Source of the DNA: a virus
Virus record (IMG/VR): IMGVR_UViG_3300014205_000160
Location: 1 to 35,559 of that record
Reading direction: 5' to 3' (one strand)
Length of the DNA stretch: 35,559 bases
Below the pieces are notes generated by a model. It ran no database searches and was not told where the DNA came from. It saw only the letters and a program-made list of their open reading frames with translations. The position numbers and the translations under genes are program-made. The number at the start of each line of letters is the position of its first letter. The first letter of the stretch is position 1. Shown here one piece after another: positions 13,875-22,330 of this stretch.

Positions 13875-14098
13875 TTGGTGGAGTGGTTTTCGATGTGCGC
13901 CATGATGCGGCGGGCCTCTTCGATCAGCGAGGCGGCGCTGTCGGCGTCAGCGGATGCGAGGCGCATGGTCAGAATTTCCATGCAGTCGATGGCGTATTTT
14001 TTAGCACCGTTGATTTCCGCGCGGATGCCCTCTGCGCGGGTGCCGCTGTAATTTTTGGCGGCGATCACTTCTTCGGCGTTAATCCAATTATTCAGCAT
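13871..14098 (-). CDS. 75-aa helical protein, first gene of the reverse-oriented cassette
   Basis: Start refined to ATG 14098 (MLNNWINAEEV...), preceded by SD AAGGAGAGA. A strong promoter lies about 60 nt upstream. Confidence 0.6.
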   Translation of the reverse strand: MLNNWINAEEVIAAKNYSGTRAEGIRAEINGAKKYAIDCMEILTMRLASADADSAASLIEEARRIMAHIENHSTK

Positions 14099-14155
14099 GC
14101 TGTCTCTCCTTGCCCCTGCTCCCGAGGCGCGGCGGATTCGTCGAATCCATGAATC

Positions 14156-14198
14156 GAGTATATACTCTATTTGCACTTAGTCAATTGAATATTTCAAT
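14156..14198. promoter_or_regulatory. Two palindromes: GAGTATATACTC (14156-14167, over the -10) and ATTGAA-TAT-TTCAAT (14184-14198, abutting the -35)
   Basis: Read directly from the sequence. They are candidate operators for the RHH protein. Confidence 0.55.
14157..14184 (-). promoter_or_regulatory. Strong sigma70-type promoter for the reverse cassette: TTGACT, 16-nt spacer, TATACT
   Basis: The -35 is the complement of 14179-14184 and the -10 is the complement of 14157-14162. It lies in an AT-rich intergenic island. Confidence 0.65.
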
Positions 14199-14354
14199 AG
14201 GTATCCGCGTAACAATAGCTGCATTGCGCAGCGCACAAATCAGGCGCGCGACCATCTGCACACAGTTACAAACCGAACTGTTAGCCCAACATAAACAAGA
14301 ACAACCCGCAGAAAATATGGTCTGACTCGCTGAACCTTCTTCGAGTAGCTGAAG

Positions 14355-14382
14355 CGCCCCGCGAGTCGGGGCGTTCTTTTTT
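14355..14382 (+). terminator. Intrinsic terminator 10 nt upstream of the terminase small subunit ORF
   Basis: 7-bp GC stem CGCCCCG/CGGGGCG, loop CGAGT, then TTCTTTTTT. There is no T-tract on the other strand. Confidence 0.7.
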
Positions 14383-14391
14383 GTCAATTAC

Positions 14392-14688
14392 TTGGAATCG
14401 TCTCGATTGGCATCGGTGGGCGGACAACCAGGAAACCAAAACGCAGCCAAAGGGCGCAGATGGCAAGACGCCATCAATCGCGCATTGGAGCGTCGCAGTC
14501 GCGTTGACCAAATAGCGGAGCTTGACCGGCTTGCTGATGCCTTCCTCGATGAAGTGGAGAAAGAGGGCATCACAGGATACAAAGAGCTTGCCGACCGGCT
14601 CGACGGGAAACCGGCCCAAGCAATTACAGGAGAGGGCGGTGGCCCGCTTGTAATCATTCAGGCGACCTCTACAGATGAGGGTCTTTGA
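14392..14688 (+). CDS. terS: Putative terminase small subunit
   Basis: 98-aa ORF directly upstream of and coupled to TerL. GGQPGNQNAAKGRRW...DRLDGKPAQ pattern. Start is uncertain (TTG 14392, TTG 14407 or GTG 14416). Confidence 0.55.
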   Translation: MESSRLASVGGQPGNQNAAKGRRWQDAINRALERRSRVDQIAELDRLADAFLDEVEKEGITGYKELADRLDGKPAQAITGEGGGPLVIIQATSTDEGL

Positions 14689-16046
14689 AGCTAACGCCGA
14701 AGCAAGAGCAGGCGCAGTTGATGCTCTCGGGCCCGGCAACGCATTGCATGCTGTTCGGTGGTTCAAGGTCTGGAAAGACGTTCCTGCACGTTAGAAACGT
14801 TGTATTCCGTGCGCTAAAGGCTCCTGGAAGTCGGCATGCAATCCTTCGCTTCAGGTTCAACCACGTAAAGGCTTCAATCGTTCTGGACACGTTCCCAAAG
14901 GTCATGCAATTGGCCTTTCCTGGCGTTCAGTACGAGATGGACAAAACAGATTGGTACGCAAGGCTTCCTGGAGATTCGCAAATCTGGTTTGGCGGGCTGG
15001 ACGATAAAGAGCGCACCGAGAAGATTCTCGGACAGGAATACGCGACGCTGTACCTGAACGAGTGCAGCCAGATCCCGCAAGGCTCAAGAGATATGGCGGC
15101 TACCCGTCTTGCTCAAAGGGTCGAGGTCAAGCTAGAAGGCAGGCCGGTAACGATCCTTAAGCCTCGGATGTACTACGACTGCAACCCGCCTTCTAAGGCG
15201 CATTGGACTTACAAGATGTTCGTCCAGAAGGTTGATCCAGAGTCAAAGATGCCATTGGCTAATCCGCTGGATTACGTCTGCATGCAGATGAATCCGCAGG
15301 ACAACGCGGAGAACCTGGCGGGGGATTACCTTTCTACCCTTTCTGCACTTAGCCCAAGACTGCGCAAGCGGTTCATGGATGGTGAGTTTGCGGACGCAAC
15401 GCCGAATCAGTTGTTCAGCGAGGAATCGCTAGAGAAGTGGCGAGTTCTTGATGGATCTGTCCCTGACTTCCTGAGAGTTGTTGTTGCTGTAGACCCTTCT
15501 GGATCTGGTGACGTTGACAACGCGGACAACGACGCAATAGGCATTGTGGTCGCGGCTTTGGGTACTGATGGCAACGCCTACGTTATCGAGGATTTGACGG
15601 TCAAAGCTGGCCCCGCGACTTGGGGCAAAGTTGCTGTTGATGGATACGAACGAAACGACGCGGATTGCATCGTCGGTGAGGTGAACTACGGCGGAGCGAT
15701 GGTCGAAGCGACGATCCAGACCGTCCGCAGAGAGCAGGGTCAAAGGAAAGTCCCTTACAAAGCCGTGAGTGCGACGAGAGGCAAGGTTGTCCGTGCTGAG
15801 CCTATCTCTGCCCTTTATGAGCAGGGGAAGGTCAGGCACGTAGGGTATTTCCGAGACCTGGAGGACGAGTTGATGGCGTTCTCGACGGTTGGATATACGG
15901 GAGACCGAAGCCCGAACCGAGCCGATGCGTTGATATGGGCGCTGACTGAACTGTTCCCCGGCGTGGTTGCGCAGAAGCGTGAGGTTAAGAAGGTTACGGA
16001 GCCTGTTGGTCGCTTCGTCGGTCAGATGGGCGGGTGGATGAGCTAA
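14685..16046 (+). CDS. terL: Terminase large subunit
   Basis: 453 aa. Walker A GGSRSGKT and a C-terminal nuclease-type region. TTG start overlapping the TerS stop (TTGA). Confidence 0.85.
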   Translation: MKLTPKQEQAQLMLSGPATHCMLFGGSRSGKTFLHVRNVVFRALKAPGSRHAILRFRFNHVKASIVLDTFPKVMQLAFPGVQYEMDKTDWYARLPGDSQIWFGGLDDKERTEKILGQEYATLYLNECSQIPQGSRDMAATRLAQRVEVKLEGRPVTILKPRMYYDCNPPSKAHWTYKMFVQKVDPESKMPLANPLDYVCMQMNPQDNAENLAGDYLSTLSALSPRLRKRFMDGEFADATPNQLFSEESLEKWRVLDGSVPDFLRVVVAVDPSGSGDVDNADNDAIGIVVAALGTDGNAYVIEDLTVKAGPATWGKVAVDGYERNDADCIVGEVNYGGAMVEATIQTVRREQGQRKVPYKAVSATRGKVVRAEPISALYEQGKVRHVGYFRDLEDELMAFSTVGYTGDRSPNRADALIWALTELFPGVVAQKREVKKVTEPVGRFVGQMGGWMS

Positions 16047-16396
16047 TGACTCCCGGCCTGAGAGAACACAAGCAAGCCTCATTGCGTCTGGCGGTTCCTA
16101 CTGGGCTTCCCGAGGACATGCGTTCAGGCATCCGTGAAGTTTTGGACGTAGCCAGCACGAACCCGAGAAAGGGGCACGCAACGGCCTTGATGCATGAGGT
16201 CTGCGCCGAGGCCGACAAGCACGGCTGCGTGCTGCTGCTGACGCCTAGAGCCTTTTCTGAGGGCATGAGTACGGAACAGCTTTCCAAGTGGTACGCACGC
16301 TTCGGTTTTGAAGTGGTGCAGACCGAACCAGAAACCTTGATGGCGCGGCAGTGTACAGGCGCTCTAGACGCTCAAAAGAGGTGGGCCAATGGATAA
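16046..16396 (+). CDS. Mini GNAT-like (acetyltransferase core) protein
   Basis: About 116 aa, with start at ATG 16046 or 16034. RKGHATALMHEVCAEADKHGCVLLL...QLSKWYARFGFEVV resembles the GNAT acetyl-CoA-binding core. Confidence 0.5.
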   Translation: MTPGLREHKQASLRLAVPTGLPEDMRSGIREVLDVASTNPRKGHATALMHEVCAEADKHGCVLLLTPRAFSEGMSTEQLSKWYARFGFEVVQTEPETLMARQCTGALDAQKRWANG

Positions 16397-18650
16397 AGAC
16401 ACCACCCAGCAGACGCCAGACGATCAAAGCGGGTCGAAAGGTACTCAATCCGGCAAAGAGCCGGACAAGATCATTGAGGAGTGCCGCGACCGCATGCAGA
16501 AGTGCATCGAGTTCGAAGGCGATAACCGCGCTGCCGCTCTTGATGACCTGTATTTCCTTTCTGGCGAGCAATGGCCGGTCAACATCCGCAGGGCTAGAAA
16601 CCTCGATAACCGTCCCTGTCTGACGGTGAACACGCTTCCCACGTATCTGCACCAGGTCACGAATGACCAGCGGATGAACAAGGGAGGAATCAAGGTTCAT
16701 CCCGTTGATGACTATGCCGATGTGGAGACTGCCGAGGTTATTCAAGGGCTGATCCGGCACATTGAATACGACTCCAATGCGGATATTGCTTATGACCGCG
16801 CTGTTAACTCGGCGGCGGCTATCGGGTTTGGTTACTTCCGGTTGGTGACGGAGTACACCAGCGAGGACAGTTTCGAGCAGGATATTAAGTTTAAGTCCAT
16901 CCGCAACGCGATGACGGTTTACTTTGACCCCGCATCTGAGGAGCCGGACGGGTCGGATGCCAAGTTCTGCATTATCAGCGTGAAGATCCCGAAAGAGGAA
17001 TTCCGCATGGAGTACCCCAATGCTGATATGGCCGGATTTGAAGCCGTTGCAGGGCAGGGGGATTTCTCGGACTGGATAGACGATCTGTTCGTGCGTGTAG
17101 CCGAGTATTACTACATCGACTACGAGGCTGCGACGGTATGCCTGCTTTCCAATGGCGAGAGCGGTTACAAGGATGAGCTAGGAAAACTGCCGATAGGTGT
17201 GACGGTTATCAAAGAGCGGGCCGGAACTCGCTGCAAAGTGAAGTGGTGCAAGCTGACCGGCTTTGAAATCCTTGAGTCTGCCGACATCCCCGGCAAGTAC
17301 GTCCCGGTTTTTCCTGTCTATGGCGATGAGCTGGACATTGAGGGCAAGGTAATCCGCTCTGGACTGATTCGGAACGCCAAAGACCCGGCGCGGATGTACA
17401 ACTTTTGGATGACGAGTGCGACGGAAGAAGTTTCGCTTCGTCCGAAGGCTCCGTTCATTGGCGCTGAAGGCCAGTTCGAAGGCCACGAAGATACGTGGGC
17501 GCAGGCGAACAACAGAAGCTTTGCGTATCTGGAATATAAGCCTGTCACGATTGACGGGACGATTGCCCCCGCCCCTAGAAGGCAAGAACCGGCAGACGTT
17601 CCGACCGGCATGCTGGCAATGGCGATGCATGCCGGTGAGAACATCCAAAAAACGATTGGCATATTTGATGCGGGGATTGGCCGAAGGTCGAACGAGACCA
17701 GCGGGATAGCGATCCGCGAGAGAAAGCAAGAGTCTGACGTTGGAAGCTTTCACTACACGGACAACCTGAATCGGACGCGAAAGCACGCCGGGCGGGTGAT
17801 CGTGTCATGGCTTCCCGAGGTCTATGACACGCAAAGAGCGGTGCGGATTCTTGGCGAGGATGGAACGGCCAAGCATGCGATTGTCAATCAGCCGAACGTC
17901 GAAGGAAAGCCAGATAAGGCCGGGAAGATCCACGCAGTTCTGAATGATCTGACGGTCGGCAAGTATGACGTTACGGTGTCAAGCGGGCCTGCGTACTCCA
18001 CGCTAAGGCAAGAGGCCGCGCAGTTTATGGTCGGCGCGATGCAGGCCGCCAAAGACCCGGCAGCGGCTGCGGTGCTTACCTATCTGGCTATTCAAAACCA
18101 AGACGTACCTGGCGGCGAGAAGGCGGCGAGGATGCTGAAAAAGCTTCTCCCCCCGCAGGTATTGGAAACCGAGGATGAGAACCCGGACGAGGGGGCGATG
18201 GTTCCGACGCCTCAAGGCCCGCTGCCCGTACAGCAGGCGGGTCAACTCATACAGCAGATGGGCCAAGCCCTACAGAACGCAGATAAAGCCATTGAGCAGG
18301 CCAAGCTTGATGAGGTGGAGAACAAGAAACGCGAAATCCAGATCAAGGAACGCGAGGCCGACATTAAGGCTTACGAGGCGCAGACCGACCGAATGAGAGC
18401 GGATGCGGACTTGATGAAAGCCGCTGCTGAAAAGGCGATGGCCGAGGCGCAGGCTTTGTCAGCAAGCGGGCACGTAGAGGCCGTGTCTCAAGCGGCAGCG
18501 AGGGAAGCGGTTGAATTGACGCTCACCGCTGCTGAAGAACAGGCCGAATCGCACGCGATGGAACAGCAGATGGAGATGAGCGGGCAATTACCTGTTGATC
18601 CGCAGAACCCGCATTTGGTGGGCGCTCCGGGAGGCATTGGCGCGGTTTGA
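16389..18650 (+). CDS. Portal protein (large, P22-type, with a long C-terminal helical extension)
   Basis: 753 aa. Located after TerL. N-terminal FLSGEQWP...RPCLTVNTLP pattern and a charged coiled C-terminus. Confidence 0.8.
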   Translation: MDKDTTQQTPDDQSGSKGTQSGKEPDKIIEECRDRMQKCIEFEGDNRAAALDDLYFLSGEQWPVNIRRARNLDNRPCLTVNTLPTYLHQVTNDQRMNKGGIKVHPVDDYADVETAEVIQGLIRHIEYDSNADIAYDRAVNSAAAIGFGYFRLVTEYTSEDSFEQDIKFKSIRNAMTVYFDPASEEPDGSDAKFCIISVKIPKEEFRMEYPNADMAGFEAVAGQGDFSDWIDDLFVRVAEYYYIDYEAATVCLLSNGESGYKDELGKLPIGVTVIKERAGTRCKVKWCKLTGFEILESADIPGKYVPVFPVYGDELDIEGKVIRSGLIRNAKDPARMYNFWMTSATEEVSLRPKAPFIGAEGQFEGHEDTWAQANNRSFAYLEYKPVTIDGTIAPAPRRQEPADVPTGMLAMAMHAGENIQKTIGIFDAGIGRRSNETSGIAIRERKQESDVGSFHYTDNLNRTRKHAGRVIVSWLPEVYDTQRAVRILGEDGTAKHAIVNQPNVEGKPDKAGKIHAVLNDLTVGKYDVTVSSGPAYSTLRQEAAQFMVGAMQAAKDPAAAAVLTYLAIQNQDVPGGEKAARMLKKLLPPQVLETEDENPDEGAMVPTPQGPLPVQQAGQLIQQMGQALQNADKAIEQAKLDEVENKKREIQIKEREADIKAYEAQTDRMRADADLMKAAAEKAMAEAQALSASGHVEAVSQAAAREAVELTLTAAEEQAESHAMEQQMEMSGQLPVDPQNPHLVGAPGGIGAV

Positions 18651-18702
18651 TTGTCCAGTATTTAACCAGTTAGTTACAAATTTACCTGCATGGAGATTGA
18701 CC

Positions 18703-19563
18703 ATGAATGAAGCAGAAAGTACAACTGAAGTACCGACGCAACCTGTAGAGGAAGCGTCCGGCCAACAGACCCAACCGGCTCCCGCTGCCGAAGAACAGAA
18801 AGCGCCTACGGACTCGGACACGACCGAGGAAAAGGCTGCACAGGAAACACCTGAGCAAGTCGAGGAGCGAAGGAAGCAGAAGGCACGGGAGCATGAGCGT
18901 CGCAGGCTTGAAAGGGCCAGGCGCGAAGCTACGGAAGCAAAGACCGAAGCCCGACTGCTCCGAGAGCGAATCGAGAAGCTTGAAGCGAAAGCTGCACCGC
19001 AGGAAAGTTCGGAGCCGCAGCGTGACCAGTATCAGGACTTGGAAGCCTATCTAGAAGCCAAAGCCGAATGGAAGGCTGAAAAGAAGGCTGTAGAGGTTCT
19101 GAGCAGGGAACGTGAGGCGCAACAAGGTAGGGAGCATCAAGGCCGAGCCGTTGAGACGCAAGAACGACTCGCGCAGGACTGGTCAAAGCGCGAAAGCGTG
19201 TTCCAGGCTGCTACGCCGGATTACATGCAGTCAGTCGAGGAGTTCAGCGAGGAATTCTCTAGGGATTTCCCGATGGGCACGCGAATGGCTGTTGTGGAGT
19301 CCGATGTTGGCCCGCAATTGCTCTATCACCTTGCGAACAATCCTGACGAAGCGGAGCGGATTTCGAAGCTGTCCCCTGTGCGGCAGATCGCGGAGCTTGG
19401 AAAGCTTGAGGCGCAATTCGCCCAGCCTGCCAAGCCGTCTAGAGCACCTGCACCGATCAAGCCGCTTGGTCAAGGCCGCGCCGGGACTTCAGATCCGTCG
19501 AAAATGTCGGATACCGAATACAAGGCATGGAGGAAGGCACAAGGGGCGAGGTGGGCGCAGTAA
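18703..19563 (+). CDS. Scaffolding protein
   Basis: Start refined to ATG 18703 (SD GGAG). E/K/R/A-rich helical 286-aa protein between the portal and the coat. Confidence 0.65.
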   Translation: MNEAESTTEVPTQPVEEASGQQTQPAPAAEEQKAPTDSDTTEEKAAQETPEQVEERRKQKAREHERRRLERARREATEAKTEARLLRERIEKLEAKAAPQESSEPQRDQYQDLEAYLEAKAEWKAEKKAVEVLSREREAQQGREHQGRAVETQERLAQDWSKRESVFQAATPDYMQSVEEFSEEFSRDFPMGTRMAVVESDVGPQLLYHLANNPDEAERISKLSPVRQIAELGKLEAQFAQPAKPSRAPAPIKPLGQGRAGTSDPSKMSDTEYKAWRKAQGARWAQ

Positions 19564-19581
19564 CCCATAGGAGTCACTAGC

Positions 19582-20796
19582 GTGACTAACACTCTCGTAA
19601 CTTGCAGCATCGTGGCGCGTGAAACGCTGCCCATCCTGAAAAACATGCTGTCCTTCTCCAAGAACGTAAACCGTGAATGGGAGGACGAATTCAAGTCCAA
19701 CATGAGCCGGGGTTATGCCCCGGGTCAGACCATTCAGATCAAGAAGCCCCCGCGCTACACGTATCGCGCGGGTCGGGTTGCTGTGCCGCAAAGCACGGTG
19801 GAAACGACTGTTCCGCTGACGGTGAATCAGGGCGGTTGCGACATTTCGTTCACCAGCTTGCAGCGCACTCTGTCCCTTACGCAGCTTGAGGACAAGATCG
19901 AAGCCGCGATTGCTCCGGTGGCGAACGAGATTGACCGTCAGGGTCTGGAACTGGCGCATTTCTCGACCTATAACACCCTGAACGCGACGGGTGCCCTGCC
20001 TGCGACTCAACTGGCTGCGGTGCAAGTCCTGACCGCCTGCAACCAGCGCCTTGACGAGATGGCCGCTCCGGTGAAAGACGGTCGCCGCTCGATCATCATG
20101 AACCCGGCTCTTAACGGTTCGATGGTCGCGGGTTTCTCGGGTCTGTTCAACATGTCCGAGAAGGTCAACGGCCAATACCGTACTGGCTACATGCAGGACT
20201 CGTTCGGTCTGAAGCCTGGCATGGATCAGAACGTCGCGGTTCATGTGAACGGCGCAGCGACTGCGACCAACATCGCGGGCGCTGGTCAAACCGGCTCCTC
20301 GATCACGGTGGTTGCGACTGCTGGCGGTACGCTGACCAAAGGCACCACGATCACCCTGCCGGGCGTGTTTGCGGTCAACCCGCAAAGCCGCGTTTCGACT
20401 GGGCAGGCTGCGAACTTCGTTGTGACTGCGGATGTCCCGGTTGGCTCGACCTCGATCCCGATCAGCCCGGCGATTGTGACCTCGGGAGCCTTCCAGAACG
20501 TCACGGCCAGCCCGACCACCGCCCAGCCTTACGTGATCTTGGGTGCGGCTTCGACCTCCTACAACTGCAACGTTGCCTATCACAAAGACGCTTTCACGCT
20601 GGCGATGGTGCCGATGTGGGCACCCCCGGACGGTAAGGGGGTGATCGACGTGGCGCAGAAGTCCGAGGACGGCTTTACGGTCAAGGTTACGGAGTTCTAT
20701 GACGGCATTAACGACAACTCGATCATGCGTATCGACGTGTTGTTCGGCTGGGTCGCTACTTACCCGGAACTCTCGACCAAGTATTACACGGTCTAA
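19582..20796 (+). CDS. Major capsid protein
   Basis: 404 aa. GTG start with SD AGGAG 9 nt upstream. Its position and N-terminal pattern (IVARETLPILKNML...VNREWEDEF) are typical of P22-coat-like families. Confidence 0.75.
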   Translation: MTNTLVTCSIVARETLPILKNMLSFSKNVNREWEDEFKSNMSRGYAPGQTIQIKKPPRYTYRAGRVAVPQSTVETTVPLTVNQGGCDISFTSLQRTLSLTQLEDKIEAAIAPVANEIDRQGLELAHFSTYNTLNATGALPATQLAAVQVLTACNQRLDEMAAPVKDGRRSIIMNPALNGSMVAGFSGLFNMSEKVNGQYRTGYMQDSFGLKPGMDQNVAVHVNGAATATNIAGAGQTGSSITVVATAGGTLTKGTTITLPGVFAVNPQSRVSTGQAANFVVTADVPVGSTSIPISPAIVTSGAFQNVTASPTTAQPYVILGAASTSYNCNVAYHKDAFTLAMVPMWAPPDGKGVIDVAQKSEDGFTVKVTEFYDGINDNSIMRIDVLFGWVATYPELSTKYYTV

Positions 20797-20824
20797 CCCA
20801 TAACCAGACACAAGGAAAAACACC

Positions 20825-21538
20825 ATGTCCGTCTATCTCCTGCGTCCCTATGGGGACTACCCGGCCAGCTCGACCGTTTCGGTCACGCTGCCGGATGACA
20901 CTGAAGCGACTCTGATTGCTCAGGGTCTGGCAATTGCTGCACAAACCACTTCCATGCAATCGCTGGTCGGCGCTCCCGATCAAGTGGTTTCTCAGGGTGG
21001 CAACCTGCACTACGCGCAACAGGGCGGTTACAGCACGCCTGAGTTTTATCAAGGCCCGCTGCGCCTGCCTGTGATCGCTCTTGGTTCGGCTGCCCTGACC
21101 GGCTACGAAACCAACGGCGTTGCGCAGACTGCGGGCACGTTCAATCTGGTGGAAATCTTCGTTCCGTACCGCCAGACCTGGACTGGGGCTGGTTGGCTGA
21201 ACGGCACCACGGTCGGCTCTGATCTGGCAATCGTCGCTTTGTACGGAACTGATGGGGTGCTGATTGCTAACTCTGCGGTTGCTGGCACTGCTACGGCGGG
21301 TGCTTCGACCATGCAGAACGCGGCGTTTACCTCGACGGTGGATCTGCTGCCCGGCCGGTACTTCCTCGGTCTGCAACTGGACGGAAACACCGACACGGTG
21401 CGTCATCTGCTGTCGGCTAACGGTGCGGTTGCTTGCACTGGGACTGTGGCGGGTGCGTTCGGTACGGTGCCTGCTTCGATCACCGCGCCGACGACCTTCA
21501 CCACGGCGGTCGGCCCGATCATGCAACTGTACGTGTAA
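20825..21538 (+). CDS. Putative capsid decoration/cement protein
   Basis: 237-aa Gly/Thr/Ala-rich protein, immediately after the coat gene and before a strong terminator. Confidence 0.45.
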   Translation: MSVYLLRPYGDYPASSTVSVTLPDDTEATLIAQGLAIAAQTTSMQSLVGAPDQVVSQGGNLHYAQQGGYSTPEFYQGPLRLPVIALGSAALTGYETNGVAQTAGTFNLVEIFVPYRQTWTGAGWLNGTTVGSDLAIVALYGTDGVLIANSAVAGTATAGASTMQNAAFTSTVDLLPGRYFLGLQLDGNTDTVRHLLSANGAVACTGTVAGAFGTVPASITAPTTFTTAVGPIMQLYV

Positions 21539-21556
21539 CAACGCCATGACGTAGGG

Positions 21557-21588
21557 GCCGCAGGGTTAACGCTCTGCGGCTTTTTTTT
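21557..21588 (+). terminator. Intrinsic terminator after the capsid genes
   Basis: Stem GCCGCAG/CTGCGGC, 10-nt loop, T8. Confidence 0.75.
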
Positions 21589-21598
21589 GAGGTAAGAG

Positions 21599-22330
21599 AT
21601 GCCCAGCCCGACGACTGCGCTTCAGATCATTACGGATGCGCTGTACCTGACTAGAGCGGTTGGCGTGGATCAGACGCTGACCAATCAGGAGGTAAGCGAC
21701 GGGCTGCGTGCGTTCAACGATTTGGTAGATGGATGGAGTACACAGAAGCTTGCGGTGTATTCCAGATCAAATCAGACGTTCAACACGATCAACGGGCAGA
21801 AGGTCTACACGATAGGGCCGGGGGGCGATTGGAACACTGATCGTCCTGTCGGTGCTGACCACATCGGGCCGATTGCTTACTCGTCTTTGCCTGTTGGGGC
21901 TTCTCAGCCCTCGACCTATCCGTGCCTTGCGATCACTCAGGAAAAGTACAACCTGATTTCGGTCAAGGATCAGCAGCAGCAGTACCCGAATTTCTATCTG
22001 TTCGTGAACCAATTCCCGCTTGGGGAAATTACCCTCTGGCCGGTTCCGAACCAGGTTACGCCGATCACGTTCTCGATTGACCAGCTACTTACTCAACCCG
22101 CGACTTCTGCAACGGTGGTGAACTTTCCTCCGGGGTACGTCAAAGCCTTCAAATACAACCTTGCGATTGAACTGGCTCCGCTGTTTGGTCAAGCCGTTCC
22201 GCCGGATGTGAAAGAGATTGCAGTCAAGAGCCTTGCAGACATTAAGCGTGCGAACAAAGTAACCCCGCTGATGAACTACGACCCGATGACGCAATACAAC
22301 GCGGTCACGAACTGGCAGGGCTGGTACTGA
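21599..22330 (+). CDS. Virion protein, putative head-to-tail adaptor/tail accessory protein
   Basis: 243-aa ORF with SD GAGG, placed between the capsid genes and the gp10-like gene. The function is inferred from position only. Confidence 0.5.
   Translation: MPSPTTALQIITDALYLTRAVGVDQTLTNQEVSDGLRAFNDLVDGWSTQKLAVYSRSNQTFNTINGQKVYTIGPGGDWNTDRPVGADHIGPIAYSSLPVGASQPSTYPCLAITQEKYNLISVKDQQQQYPNFYLFVNQFPLGEITLWPVPNQVTPITFSIDQLLTQPATSATVVNFPPGYVKAFKYNLAIELAPLFGQAVPPDVKEIAVKSLADIKRANKVTPLMNYDPMTQYNAVTNWQGWY

Noticed and set aside
14156-14167. The GAGTATATACTC palindrome as a LexA (SOS) box.
   Set aside because: It does not fit CTGT-N8-ACAG. It is a 12-bp palindrome with different outer bases, more likely an operator for the adjacent RHH protein.
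14110-14325. The 71-aa plus-strand ORF (or its 58-aa ATG 14149 version) as a protein gene terminated by the hairpin at 14355-14382.
   Set aside because: There is no SD. The start is buried in the divergent promoter and palindrome region, and the composition is atypical. An untranslated leader or sRNA explains the terminator equally well. The idea is retained only as an alternative in the finding.
19489-20826. A 445-aa ORF antisense to the capsid gene. Similar long antisense or alternative-frame ORFs occur at 266..1525, 5543..6310, 6147..6914, 7957..8952, 15429..16082 and 32794..33813.
   Set aside because: Each lies opposite or out of frame to a gene with clear family motifs. They are Arg/Pro/Gly-rich, as expected from stop-poor GC-rich sequence, and lack start or SD context.
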